The notes beneath the pieces are model-generated. The model saw only the letters and a list, made by a program, of their open reading frames with translations, was not told the DNA's origin and searched no databases. Both the position numbers and the translations under genes were made by a program. From assembly GCA_045615365.1 (NCBI GenBank), contig JAZLEQ010000010.1, forward strand, positions 1,672 to 65,671: DNA of 64,000 nucleotides. Direction: 5' to 3'. Numbering within the stretch: the stretch's first letter is position 1; each line of letters starts with the position of its first letter. This stretch comes from Alphaproteobacteria bacterium (GTDB lineage Bacteria; Pseudomonadota; Alphaproteobacteria; RF32; CAG-239). Below are positions 33,644 to 43,502 of this stretch, piece after piece.

Positions 33644-34117
33644 TTAATTCTCCTCAAAAGTCTTACGCCATTCATCCAAAATAACCGGCACATCATCAGG
33701 TGTCATTCGTCCGTAGGTTTTTCCGTTAACCACACAAACAGGTGCCAAACCGCAACATCCCACACAACGAACACTTTGCAAATGGAACATCTTATCGGGT
33801 GTGCTTTCTCCCTCATTAATACCTAACTCTTGCTTAAATTTTTCAAGAACCTTGTCATTACCTTTCAAATAACAAGCAGTTCCTGTGCAAACAGAAATAA
33901 CTGCTTTTCCGGGAGCTTCCAATTTAAAAAAGTTATAAAAAGTCAAAACTTCATAGATTCTGGCCAAAGGAATATTCATACCGACAGAAACATCAACTGC
34001 ATCCTGCCAATCGACATATCCTTTCACTCCTTGAATTTCGTGCAAAGCCATAATTAAAGAGCCGCGTTTTTTGCGCCACTTATTGGCGATTTGCGCAGCT
34101 TGAGAAACATCAGCCAT
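33644..34117 (-). CDS. hydC: NuoE-like 2Fe-2S subunit (HydC/HndA)
   Basis: 157 aa, with CTGTACYLKG ... CVGCCGLAP. Confidence 0.85.
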   Translation of the reverse strand: MADVSQAAQIANKWRKKRGSLIMALHEIQGVKGYVDWQDAVDVSVGMNIPLARIYEVLTFYNFFKLEAPGKAVISVCTGTACYLKGNDKVLEKFKQELGINEGESTPDKMFHLQSVRCVGCCGLAPVCVVNGKTYGRMTPDDVPVILDEWRKTFEEN

Positions 34118-34285
34118 TTATATCTCCTTATTTATTGTTGTCTGACATGAATCATAAATACATTTTTTTTCAACTTCAAGAAGATTCCGTCATACCCCCA
34201 AAATTTATTTTGACAATCCACAAAAAATCATCCATTAATCACAAATAAGTTTAAATATAAAATATAACGTTTATAATCGGCTTTC

Positions 34286-35410
34286 ATGAAGAAACTTAAT
34301 TTATATATAACCAAGCAAATCATAGTCGGTTTTTTATTGGTGTGTTGTTCTTTAATGTCAATCATTTGGTTGACTCAGTCTTTGCGATTCCTTGAAATGA
34401 TATCTTCTGAAGGCATCACAATCGGCACATTCATAAAAATGACTTCACTGTTAATGCCTCGCATATTCACCATACTTGCACCCATATCGCTTTTTGCGGC
34501 CATTCTTTTTGTATACAATCGCATGATTGCCGATCAGGAACTCATCGTAATGAAAGCTGTAGGCATAAGTCCTTTTCAACTTTCAAAACCCATATTTTTC
34601 ATCAGCTTTTTTTTAATAATCCTAAATGTTTGGATAATGAACTGTGGTATCCCCATGGCAGAAAAAGCATTTAATAATTTGGAATGGAAAGTCAAAAACA
34701 ACATCTCAGGACTAATGTTCAGAGAAGGCGAATTTTCCAACATTCAACCGGGTCTCACAGTTTTTATCACATCGCGCAACGACGACGGAAGCGTTTTAGG
34801 CATCCTTATTAACGACGAACGAAAACCTCCCGTCAGCTCAACAACAACTGCAGAAAAAGGAGCCATAATCCAAACTCCGACCGGCCCGCGCATAGTTTTG
34901 GTTAACGGCAGCCGTCAAGAATTAAATCATAAAAACAATCAATTTTCCTCCATCAGTTTTGAAAAATATTCTGTTGATTTAGGCATAAAAAACACAAAAG
35001 CACGCCGCAAAAGCAGTGTTCGCACCCAATCATTCGCAGAACTTATCAACGCCTTAAACAACCCGAACCTGTCACCTAAAGATAAAATAAAATGGTTTGT
35101 TGAAGGAAACAAACGTTTAACAACCCCGCTTCTTGCGTTGGTATATTCCTTAATCGGCTGCACAGGCCTTCTGATCAGCAATTTCAATCGTCGCGGTCAA
35201 ACTAAAACAGTAATAATCTCTCTGACTGCCGTTATATTTATTCAGGCTATTGACCTTTCTGCCGGCAATCTTGCTTCCAAAAACATCTTTTGGATATCTT
35301 TTTTATACTTAAACATAATAGTCCCTATTCTGGTTTGCATTATTTTGCTGCAAAACCCCAAATTCCTTTCTCTCATTTTCAAAAAAAAGAAGGAACAAAT
35401 GTATGCCTAA
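34286..35410 (+). CDS. lptF: LPS export ABC permease LptF
   Basis: 374 aa, YjgP/YjgQ family. N-terminus LYITKQIIVGFLL. Overlaps lptD by 8 nt. Confidence 0.8.
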   Translation: MKKLNLYITKQIIVGFLLVCCSLMSIIWLTQSLRFLEMISSEGITIGTFIKMTSLLMPRIFTILAPISLFAAILFVYNRMIADQELIVMKAVGISPFQLSKPIFFISFFLIILNVWIMNCGIPMAEKAFNNLEWKVKNNISGLMFREGEFSNIQPGLTVFITSRNDDGSVLGILINDERKPPVSSTTTAEKGAIIQTPTGPRIVLVNGSRQELNHKNNQFSSISFEKYSVDLGIKNTKARRKSSVRTQSFAELINALNNPNLSPKDKIKWFVEGNKRLTTPLLALVYSLIGCTGLLISNFNRRGQTKTVIISLTAVIFIQAIDLSAGNLASKNIFWISFLYLNIIVPILVCIILLQNPKFLSLIFKKKKEQMYA

Positions 35411-37655
35411 AATATTCCACATAACATATTCTTTCTTTTTAGTCTCAATGCTGTTTTCAACAGCTCAAGCAGGCGACAGTCTTACAGTTTTGCAAACTAA
35501 CAAAACTATTGAGGCATCCAAACCCAAATCCTATACCAAAATGGAACCCAGCTATAATATCACCAACGTGCTTTCCGCTGAACCGCAAAAGAACGAAGAA
35601 GCGACCGATATTTTTTTCACAGCCGACAGCATAGAAAACGATTCTAATTCAGAAATTGTCATAGCATCCGGTGATGTTGAAATAATCCGCGAAAACCTAA
35701 CCTTACGAGCCGACAAAATCATATACAACCAAGCAACCGACAATATTCACGCAGAAGGCAACGTAATATTATTGGAAGAAAACGGCAACGTTGTTTTTGC
35801 CGAAACGGCAGATTTGAAAAACCACCTTCAACATGCTGATGTATATAATATAAAAGTAATTTTACTTGATAAAACCCGTTTAGCAGCTCGTTCTTTTCAT
35901 AAAAAAGCAGATGACCGCAAAGTTCTGCGCAAAGCGGTATATACACCATGCGACAATTGCCGCGCTTCAGCACCGCTGTGGCAAATAAAAGCCCACAAAG
36001 TCATTCACAACACCGAAAGTCAAGACATTGAATATCAACACGCATTTCTTGAAATAAAAGATTTTCCGGTATTTTACACCCCCTATTTTTCCCACCCGGA
36101 CCCCTCAGTCAAACATCGTTCAGGTTTTCTTTTCCCGCGCATGATGAGCAACAACTACCTTGGGGCAGCCGTTCAACCGCAATACTTTTGGGATATTTCG
36201 CCACAACAAAACATGATTTTAAACCCCATAATTTCCTCAGATAAAGGCATTGTTTACTCAGCCATCTACAACAAATATTTTCAACGCGGCGAACTCAATG
36301 CATCCGGAAGTATTATGGAAGAAAAAGATGACGGAGCAAAAGAAGGAACTCGCGGCAACCTATTTTTATACGCTCGCAAAGAAATAAACAACTATTGGGT
36401 TGCCGATACCGATATCAATTATGCATCGGATTATCTGTATCTTAAAGATCTCTCACTTCCTAAAAAAGACGATTCTTGGCTGACATCGCGAATTCGCGCC
36501 CAAGCTTTTGACAACCGTAATTATGCAGCCATTGAAGGCTACTACTACGACATTTTAAGTTACGACCTTCGCAACGAAAACACCCCCTATGTCTTACCTA
36601 TAATGACATACGAAAACATTTCCAAACCGAACAGTCTGGGAATATATAACAAAAACACCTTCAACACTGCCTCCGTTTACCACGAAGAAGACAATGTTTC
36701 TCATCGTCTTTCAATGATAAACTCGTGGGAACTTCCCTACACCGGCAGTTTTGGTGCAAGATATCGCCTAACCGCATCACTCAAATCTGACCTTTATTAC
36801 ATAGGTCAATATAAAACCCTAAGCGGCGAAGAATATACCGGCACGACAGCCAGAGTATTTCCGCAATTAGGTCTGGAATGGCATCTTCCTTTCATCAAAA
36901 ACAGCGAAACATCTTCACAAATTTTAGAACCCATCATTGTTGCTGCTTTTTCCCCGAATCAAAGCAACAAAGAAGACAAAATACCAAACGAAGACAGTGA
37001 ATACAGCAACCTGAATGACACCAACATTTTCGATCTCGACCGCTATTCAGGCTACGACAGAAACGACACCGGAAGCCGCATAAGCTATGGTTTCAATTGG
37101 AGCTTTTTTGATAAAAAATGGGGTCGTTCAGCATTCCTTCTAGCTCAATCATACGAATTCAACGAAAAAGAAAATATTTTCAACAATCAAAAAAACGACG
37201 AACATTTTTCCGATTACGTCGGAAGAATATACGCCCAACCCAACAACTATTTCAGTATGAACTACCGTTTCAAAATTGATAAAGAAGATTACGATATAAC
37301 ATATAGCGAACTTTCATCAGCATTAGGCAACGACATTCTCCGGTTAAACATCGGCTACATCTACTTTCCCGACGCCAGTGAAAAAGCGCTCTACAAAGAC
37401 TACACTCGTAAAGAAATTTATTCATCTATTTCCAGTAAGCTCACTCGCAATTGGGGTGCTGGCTTATTCATCCGACAAGATCTTGAAAAACAAGAAACCA
37501 TATCCAACGGCGGCAACATCACCTACGAAGACGAATGCGCTCGTTTTGCATTCAGTTTTGAAAAAGAATTTTCAGACGACCCCAATGCCGAAGAAGAAAC
37601 ATCATTCTACTTTTCTTTCTTCTTAAAAACACTTGGCGGTGTAGGCAACAAATAA
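35403..37655 (+). CDS. lptD: LPS assembly outer-membrane protein LptD
   Basis: 750 aa. Signal peptide, OstA-like N-terminal domain (ADSIENDSNSEIVIASGDVEI) and a large Tyr/Asn-rich beta-barrel. Confidence 0.85.
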   Translation: MPKIFHITYSFFLVSMLFSTAQAGDSLTVLQTNKTIEASKPKSYTKMEPSYNITNVLSAEPQKNEEATDIFFTADSIENDSNSEIVIASGDVEIIRENLTLRADKIIYNQATDNIHAEGNVILLEENGNVVFAETADLKNHLQHADVYNIKVILLDKTRLAARSFHKKADDRKVLRKAVYTPCDNCRASAPLWQIKAHKVIHNTESQDIEYQHAFLEIKDFPVFYTPYFSHPDPSVKHRSGFLFPRMMSNNYLGAAVQPQYFWDISPQQNMILNPIISSDKGIVYSAIYNKYFQRGELNASGSIMEEKDDGAKEGTRGNLFLYARKEINNYWVADTDINYASDYLYLKDLSLPKKDDSWLTSRIRAQAFDNRNYAAIEGYYYDILSYDLRNENTPYVLPIMTYENISKPNSLGIYNKNTFNTASVYHEEDNVSHRLSMINSWELPYTGSFGARYRLTASLKSDLYYIGQYKTLSGEEYTGTTARVFPQLGLEWHLPFIKNSETSSQILEPIIVAAFSPNQSNKEDKIPNEDSEYSNLNDTNIFDLDRYSGYDRNDTGSRISYGFNWSFFDKKWGRSAFLLAQSYEFNEKENIFNNQKNDEHFSDYVGRIYAQPNNYFSMNYRFKIDKEDYDITYSELSSALGNDILRLNIGYIYFPDASEKALYKDYTRKEIYSSISSKLTRNWGAGLFIRQDLEKQETISNGGNITYEDECARFAFSFEKEFSDDPNAEEETSFYFSFFLKTLGGVGNK

Positions 37656-37678
37656 AAAACATAAAGGAGACAAATCAG

Positions 37679-38581
37679 ATGAAAAAAACAATTTTCGGAC
37701 TTTTGATTTTACTTGGAATCACCACATCAACTTCAGCGGAGGCAGTAAAAATTGCAGCTTTAGTCAATGGAGAAATAATATCAAACCAAGATATCGATTC
37801 CCAAATAAACCTTTTCATGCTAAGCACTCCTATTCCCTTAAACAATGAAACACGCCCGATGATAACCAGACGAGTTTTAGCTCAAGCAATTGAAGCCAAA
37901 ATAAAACTTCAATCGGCCGAAAAAGAAGGCATTGAAGTCAGCAATGAAGAAATAAAACAACAAAAAAAGGTTTGGATGAAAAACAACAAAATTTCTTCAT
38001 CCGACCTAAAAGAAAAAAATATCAGCGATTCTGCTCTTACCGAAAACATAAAAACAGAAATTTCATGGATAAAACTCATCCGAAAAAAATTCTATCAAAC
38101 ATCAAATATCACCCAAAAAGAAATTGAAGAAACCGCAAAAGAAATCAGCGAAGATATGTCAATAAAGAAATATCAATTTCAAGAAATTTTCATCAAAAAA
38201 GAAAACGCCCAAGATATTGAATCTTTAGTTGCAAAACTCAAAGAAGACCCTCGTTTTGAACTCTATGCTGCAAGCTTTTCCGAAGCACCTTCGGCATCAA
38301 ACGGAGGCAATCTCGGCTGGGTAAATTCCGGCAAGATGCTTTCGGCTCTTGAGATGAAACTTTCAACCATGTCTCCCGGAGAAATAAGCGATGCCATACT
38401 AATCGGCGACGGATACTACATTCTGAGACTTCTCCAAGTATTCACTCCTGACCGTAGAGGCGCGGTTCTTCCAAATTCACAAGAAGTCAGAAACTTGCTC
38501 GAAAACCAAAAAATGGAATCCCTATCAAGAAAGATTCTCCAAGACCTCAAACAAAAAGCCACCATAGAAGTAAAGGCATAA
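37679..38581 (+). CDS. surA: SurA-like periplasmic chaperone/parvulin PPIase
   Basis: 300 aa. Signal peptide, SurA N-domain and one parvulin domain (ASNGGNLGWVNSGKM). Conserved position between lptD and rsmA. Confidence 0.7.
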   Translation: MKKTIFGLLILLGITTSTSAEAVKIAALVNGEIISNQDIDSQINLFMLSTPIPLNNETRPMITRRVLAQAIEAKIKLQSAEKEGIEVSNEEIKQQKKVWMKNNKISSSDLKEKNISDSALTENIKTEISWIKLIRKKFYQTSNITQKEIEETAKEISEDMSIKKYQFQEIFIKKENAQDIESLVAKLKEDPRFELYAASFSEAPSASNGGNLGWVNSGKMLSALEMKLSTMSPGEISDAILIGDGYYILRLLQVFTPDRRGAVLPNSQEVRNLLENQKMESLSRKILQDLKQKATIEVKA

Positions 38582-38588
38582 CAATCAA

Positions 38589-39437
38589 ATGGATTTAAAA
38601 TCAGCCATCGATTCTCTTCCGTCATTAAGACTAACTGTAGATATGCACGAACTCTTAGCTAAGAAAGCTCTAGGGCAAAATTTTTTGCTTGATAAAAACA
38701 TAACCGACAAAATAATTTCAAGTTCCCTAAGATTACAAAAGAGAACTTCTTTTTCAGGCAGCCATGTATTTGAAATAGGCCCTGGCCCCGGTGGTCTCAC
38801 TCGTTCTGTTCTACAAGCAGACCCCTCAAAAATGACAGTTATCGAATTAGATAAACGGTGCATAGCCATAATGGAAGACATAAGGTCAAAAACCGGCGAT
38901 GTTTTAGAAATAATTAATCGCGATGCTCTGGATTTTGTTTTCTCTTATTCAGAAGAAATGCCCAAAGACATCATATCCAATCTTCCCTACAACATCTCGG
39001 TTCCTCTTCTGACCAAATGGCTCAAAGAGATAAAATCCTATAAATCATTAACGCTTATGTTTCAAAAAGAAGTAGCCGACAGGATTATAGCTTCAACCAG
39101 AAGCAAAGATTATGGTCGTCTTTCTATTCTTTCACAGCTTCAGTGCAAAATAACCAGACTATTTGACCTAAACCCCGAATGTTTCACTCCGGCTCCCAAA
39201 ATATGGTCCACGGTTTTACTGTTTGAACCTTTGGCAACGGCACTTCCCGAAGAGCAAATAAACAAAATTGAAAGACTCACAAATGCGGCTTTTTCAATGC
39301 GTCGGAAAATGATACGTCAAAGCTTAAAGCATATAAACAATCTCGATTCCATATGTGAAAACATTGGCATAACTACCTCCATGCGTCCGGAAGAAATAAC
39401 CCCGCAACAATTTTTGGACTTAAGCAAGTTGATTTAA
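38589..39437 (+). CDS. rsmA: 16S rRNA (adenine1518/1519-N6)-dimethyltransferase
   Basis: 282 aa, with LGQNFL, SAM site VFEIGPGPGGLT and NLPYNIS. Confidence 0.9.
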   Translation: MDLKSAIDSLPSLRLTVDMHELLAKKALGQNFLLDKNITDKIISSSLRLQKRTSFSGSHVFEIGPGPGGLTRSVLQADPSKMTVIELDKRCIAIMEDIRSKTGDVLEIINRDALDFVFSYSEEMPKDIISNLPYNISVPLLTKWLKEIKSYKSLTLMFQKEVADRIIASTRSKDYGRLSILSQLQCKITRLFDLNPECFTPAPKIWSTVLLFEPLATALPEEQINKIERLTNAAFSMRRKMIRQSLKHINNLDSICENIGITTSMRPEEITPQQFLDLSKLI

Positions 39438-39446
39438 GCAAAAGCA

Positions 39447-39466
39447 AAGCCCCCGATTGGGGGCTT
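39447..39466. terminator. hairpin between convergent rsmA and gpsA
   Basis: AAGCCCCC-GAUU-GGGGGCUU. The U-run is better on the minus strand. Confidence 0.55.
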
Positions 39467-39469
39467 ATA

Positions 39470-40447
39470 TTATTTAGTGTTTTCAAACTCACGTTTAAGC
39501 GATCGTTCAAACAACCCTGAAATAATCTCTTTAATATTTCCTTTTTCATAAATAGCTTTATACAAAGCCTGACTTATAGGCATATCGATTCCGTGTTTAT
39601 CAGCCAATATTTTAACTGCTTTCAACGTAGGCACACCTTCTGCCAATTTTCCGAAATCTTCACCTCTGGCAAACTTTTCACCAAACATTCTATTGTGAGA
39701 ATTCTTAGAAAACAAAGTTGCCTCATAATCGCCCAAATGAGACAATCCGTAAGCGGTTGTCGGATTTCCTCCAAAGAACTTAATCAAACGTCCCACTTCA
39801 ACCGGTGCACGAGCCATCAAAGCCCCTTTCAAACCATACCATTCAAGACCATCCAAAATACCGGCAGCCAAACCGATAACATTTTTCATAGCCGCCCCAA
39901 TTTGGTTCCCGATTAAATCTTCGCCGTAATAGAGTCTGATAAGCGGGCTTTGCATAATATTAATAACGGTTTGTTTAGTATTTTCCTCATCACTATCAAC
40001 CACCGCAGCCGAAGGCACTCCTTTCATATAATCCTGCACATGTCCCGGTCCCCCCAAAGTTGCGATGTGAATATTTTGTTTAATTTCTGAGCGCATAATT
40101 TCCAACATTCTTTCGCCGCTAGGCTCTTCCAAACCTTTCATAGCCAACAAAAATGTTTTTCCATCCAACTTATACTCAGCAAGTTCCTTACAAAGCCCTC
40201 TGAAATATTGGCAACCTATAGAAACGATAATAAAATCATTTTCCAAAACTTTTGCCAAATCATCTTGCAAGAGCATATTATCACTCAATGCCAAATATGC
40301 ATTTTTACGAGTATTTTTCAATTCAATAAAGTTTGGCGATGTAGGGATATCATACATGCAAACTTCAGTTGCTTTTCCGTAATTTGCGGCATACCACCCC
40401 AAGAAAGTTCCCCAGCGTCCGCATCCGATTAAAGATATTTTAGTCAT
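39470..40447 (-). CDS. gpsA: NAD(P)H-dependent glycerol-3-phosphate dehydrogenase
   Basis: Start moved to ATG 40447 (MTKISLIGCGRWGT, the dinucleotide fold). C-terminal GEDLIGNQIGAAMKNVIGLAAG... matches GpsA. Confidence 0.85.
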   Translation of the reverse strand: MTKISLIGCGRWGTFLGWYAANYGKATEVCMYDIPTSPNFIELKNTRKNAYLALSDNMLLQDDLAKVLENDFIIVSIGCQYFRGLCKELAEYKLDGKTFLLAMKGLEEPSGERMLEIMRSEIKQNIHIATLGGPGHVQDYMKGVPSAAVVDSDEENTKQTVINIMQSPLIRLYYGEDLIGNQIGAAMKNVIGLAAGILDGLEWYGLKGALMARAPVEVGRLIKFFGGNPTTAYGLSHLGDYEATLFSKNSHNRMFGEKFARGEDFGKLAEGVPTLKAVKILADKHGIDMPISQALYKAIYEKGNIKEIISGLFERSLKREFENTK

Positions 40448-40557
40448 AATTTTCCAATCAAAAAAACAAAACCATATATTATATCTACTAGATAAAATAT
40501 ATTTTAGCAACAATCTAGTGCTATTAATACACGAATAAAGAAAGATTAACCAACGAA

Positions 40558-40917
40558 TCAGAAGAAACCGCGTTTACTTCTTTGTCTTGTAACAATTGCT
40601 GAAATATGGTCAAATTGTTCAAATGAATGATATGCATAATCGAAGCTTTTTTTATCACAATCATAAAACACCTGATTAGCCAATGTCTGAATAGCATTGT
40701 CAATTTTTCGGAAAGCTTCATTATAATCTTTATTAAAATTATTTTTGGTTTTCTTTTTTACGATTGCATGATACGCAGAAATAACCTTTGCGGTTTCATC
40801 GGCGGAGTTAGAATAACCTTTTTCCTCAAAATCCCGCATTATACGAGCTGTAGTCTGATAAAAGCACTTATTAGTTAAAATGCTCTTTTGTTTTTTATTA
40901 TTACTATCAATTATCAT
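40558..40917 (-). CDS. hypothetical protein
   Basis: Open frame only, with a possible start at MIIDSNN. No motif recognised and no clear Shine-Dalgarno. Lies between gpsA and tRNA-Ser. Confidence 0.3.
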   Translation of the reverse strand: MIIDSNNKKQKSILTNKCFYQTTARIMRDFEEKGYSNSADETAKVISAYHAIVKKKTKNNFNKDYNEAFRKIDNAIQTLANQVFYDCDKKSFDYAYHSFEQFDHISAIVTRQRSKRGFF

Positions 40918-41140
40918 CTTGCAAAGTAATCCATAGTTTGTTGAGGGTTTACTAGCATACAATAATAGAAAAAGCAAGCATTTTTGCTTTCAACAACATC
41001 TAAAAAGATTCTACATAAACAAGCTTAAATAAAAGTTAATCATAATTCAAACATTTTAAAGTCAGTTATCAACTAAAAAACAAACATTTCTGTTGCAAAA
41101 TAAATTTGATTATTCTATGTTGTGTAAGAAACGAAAAGAT

Positions 41141-41231
41141 GGATAGATGGCCGAGTGGTCGAAGGCGCACGATTGGAAATCGTGTATACCCCTAAAGGGT
41201 ATCCAGGGTTCGAATCCCTGTCTATCCGCCA
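41141..41231 (+). tRNA. tRNA-Ser (anticodon GGA)
   Basis: Hand-folded cloverleaf. Acceptor GGATAGA/TCTATCC, anticodon stem CACGA/TCGTG with loop TTGGAAA, long variable arm (class II), T-arm CAGGG-TTCGAAT-CCCTG, discriminator G and encoded CCA. Confidence 0.9.
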
Positions 41232-41240
41232 GTTTATGTT

Positions 41241-41270
41241 AAAAGACGCTTATTAAAAGCGTCTTTTTTT
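41241..41270 (+). terminator. rho-independent terminator after tRNA-Ser
   Basis: AAAAGACGC-UUAUUA-GCGUCUUUU followed by a U-run. Confidence 0.75.
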
Positions 41271-41413
41271 GTATATCCCAGAAACAGTGGCTTTATGACA
41301 ACTTGACACCGCTGAAATGACTATGGTAAGCTTATTTTAGATTATAAATCGCAAAAATTATGACACTTACATACAATGTCAATTTTTGCTGAGTCACTTG
41401 AAGGATGTAAAAT

Positions 41414-41917
41414 ATGATAGAACGATTTGTATCTATTTTAAATGAAGCAATAAATATGCTTTATAGAAATGACCAGTGCCTTATTGATCGAGGAGGAATG
41501 GAACAAGCTTGTGTTTCACGTATATATTTTTATTTACAAACATTGATCAATTTGGATATTAAGTTAAAAACATATGATTTAGATTGTGAATATAATAAAA
41601 ATGGTAACCAAACAAAAGATTGTATTGATGTCAATACTGGTGTAAGTTTTACAACACGTCCTGACATAATTCTACACAAAAGACTATCAAACCAATTCAA
41701 TAAGATCATTATTGAATTTAAAGGATGGTGGAATGATGAAAGCGATGCAGATGTAAGAAAATTAAAGGCTTTTACAAATTCTGATGGCATTTATCGATAT
41801 GAATTTGGAATTTTTGTTAAACTTAATAGAGACGCACCTTTTTATCGCTATTTTAATAATGCTCAAGAAATTATGAGTTTAGAAACCTTTCTTGCTCATC
41901 AAAGCTCAAATTTTTAG
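41414..41917 (+). CDS. PD-(D/E)xK (restriction-endonuclease-fold) family protein
   Basis: 167 aa. TRPDIILHKRLSNQFNKIIIEFKGWW gives a clean PD...ExK core (VRR-NUC-like spacing). Its 3' end overlaps the convergent integrase gene by 47 nt. Confidence 0.6.
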   Translation: MIERFVSILNEAINMLYRNDQCLIDRGGMEQACVSRIYFYLQTLINLDIKLKTYDLDCEYNKNGNQTKDCIDVNTGVSFTTRPDIILHKRLSNQFNKIIIEFKGWWNDESDADVRKLKAFTNSDGIYRYEFGIFVKLNRDAPFYRYFNNAQEIMSLETFLAHQSSNF

Positions 41918-43502
41918 AAGCAATTTCAAATAGTTTTTGTAAGTTGATGATTAATGTGCCATCGAGTAATTGATTAACAATTTTGGGAGATAAATATGCA
42001 AGATTTAGGTATTTATAAATCGTACGTTTAGTCATTCTTTCTTGCTTCATAATATTATCAACACTCATACCTTTTTCGTATAACTTCTTATATCTCCACG
42101 CATAAGCAAAGGCTCGAACAATAAGATGGTGGTTATCAGTTACACTCATTAATCCAATTTTACCTGCGTTATATGTGTTACTAGATATTCCCCGATTAAT
42201 GACAACTTGTTTTTCATAGATAATTTGATTGTTCACACTATCAACAATGAAATCTAACTGATTGTTGTATAAGTTTAACGCTTTTCCGCTGTAGGCAGAT
42301 AAGATAACAACATCTGTATTGAAGAAAAATGTCAGTTTATTTTCTTGATAAATTATTTTTTTGATAAAATTACGAATAAAATTTCTCTGTTCCAAATAAT
42401 CCATTTCTACAAAATTTATAAGTTTCATTGCGAAAGCAACATCTTTATCAAGTTTGCTTAGGTCGCTATTTATAACTTCAATTATAGCTTCTTTTGCAAG
42501 AGTATCTAATTGTTCTGTTGGTAGATACAGACCCTTAATAGCATAATAGTGTTTTTTTGTAACTTTTCTCTTGCTATTGGCTTGATTAGAAAAAACAGTT
42601 CCATTTACATCAAATATTTTATTCGTTAGTAAATTATTATTCGAGGAACGAGAATGATTATTGCTTTTATCATTTTCTTTTAATTTGGATTGCACCTTAT
42701 TCCAAAGATCTTTGGTTATAATTGCTTTGTGTTGTCCTTTGAATACTTGTCCTGTGCGTTTATTTTCAATCATCCCTAAATACAACTTTTCATGTAACAT
42801 CCTATGTAGAGCTGACGTTTTCAAAGGTTTTCCGCCTTTTTGTTCCCCCTTACTCGTTATCCAACATTTATGTTTTATTCCCTTACTAACAACTACTTTT
42901 TCTAGTTCACTTATTGAATCACAGTTTAAGTAGCTTTCAAAAATGTAACGGACATAATCTGCCTCAATTTCATTTACAATTAGTTTTTTATCTTTTATAT
43001 CATATCCAAGTTTAGGTATTCCGCCTGTCCATAGACCTTTGGCTTTACTTGCTCTAATTTTATCTCTTACTCTTTCTGATGATACTTCTCGCTCAAATTG
43101 TGCAAATGATAGCAACATATTTAAGGTTAATTTACCCATTGATGTTGAAGTATCAAATGCTTGTGTAATTGAAACAAAGTTACAACCATATTTATCAAAT
43201 TCCTTCATCATATTGTGAAAATCCATAATAGAGCGGGATAATCTATCTACTTTATAAACAACCACCGTCTGAATTAATCCTTTGCGGATATCTTCAATCA
43301 TCTGTTTTAAAGCAGGACGTTCCATCGTTCCTCCAGAAATACCACCATCAGTATATGTTTTAAAGTATTCCCAATTATTAAAAGCCTGCGAAAATATATA
43401 ACTTCGGCAGGCTTCTTCTTGGTTATGTAAAGAGTTAAATTCTAATTCCAATCCTTTCTCTGTAGATTTACGTACATAAACAGCACAATTTATTTTAACC
43501 AT
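41871..43502 (-). CDS. large serine recombinase (integrase)
   Basis: 543 aa. Resolvase catalytic domain (AVYVRKSTEKG, VYKVDRLSRS, SFAQFEREVSSERV) followed by a recombinase domain (GGIPKLGYD) and a long C-terminal extension. Confidence 0.9.
   Translation of the reverse strand: MVKINCAVYVRKSTEKGLELEFNSLHNQEEACRSYIFSQAFNNWEYFKTYTDGGISGGTMERPALKQMIEDIRKGLIQTVVVYKVDRLSRSIMDFHNMMKEFDKYGCNFVSITQAFDTSTSMGKLTLNMLLSFAQFEREVSSERVRDKIRASKAKGLWTGGIPKLGYDIKDKKLIVNEIEADYVRYIFESYLNCDSISELEKVVVSKGIKHKCWITSKGEQKGGKPLKTSALHRMLHEKLYLGMIENKRTGQVFKGQHKAIITKDLWNKVQSKLKENDKSNNHSRSSNNNLLTNKIFDVNGTVFSNQANSKRKVTKKHYYAIKGLYLPTEQLDTLAKEAIIEVINSDLSKLDKDVAFAMKLINFVEMDYLEQRNFIRNFIKKIIYQENKLTFFFNTDVVILSAYSGKALNLYNNQLDFIVDSVNNQIIYEKQVVINRGISSNTYNAGKIGLMSVTDNHHLIVRAFAYAWRYKKLYEKGMSVDNIMKQERMTKRTIYKYLNLAYLSPKIVNQLLDGTLIINLQKLFEIASKNLSFDEQERFLNS

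Noticed and set aside
33643-33696. 18-codon extension of the NuoF-like gene overlapping the NuoE-like gene
   Set aside because: ATG 33642 has a GAGGAG Shine-Dalgarno and abuts the upstream stop. The extension would overlap the hydC 3' end.
38582-38588. Absence of pdxA between surA and rsmA as an anomaly
   Set aside because: The lptD-surA-pdxA-rsmA order is common but not universal. A 7-nt gap shows there is no gene remnant, so this is ordinary lineage variation.
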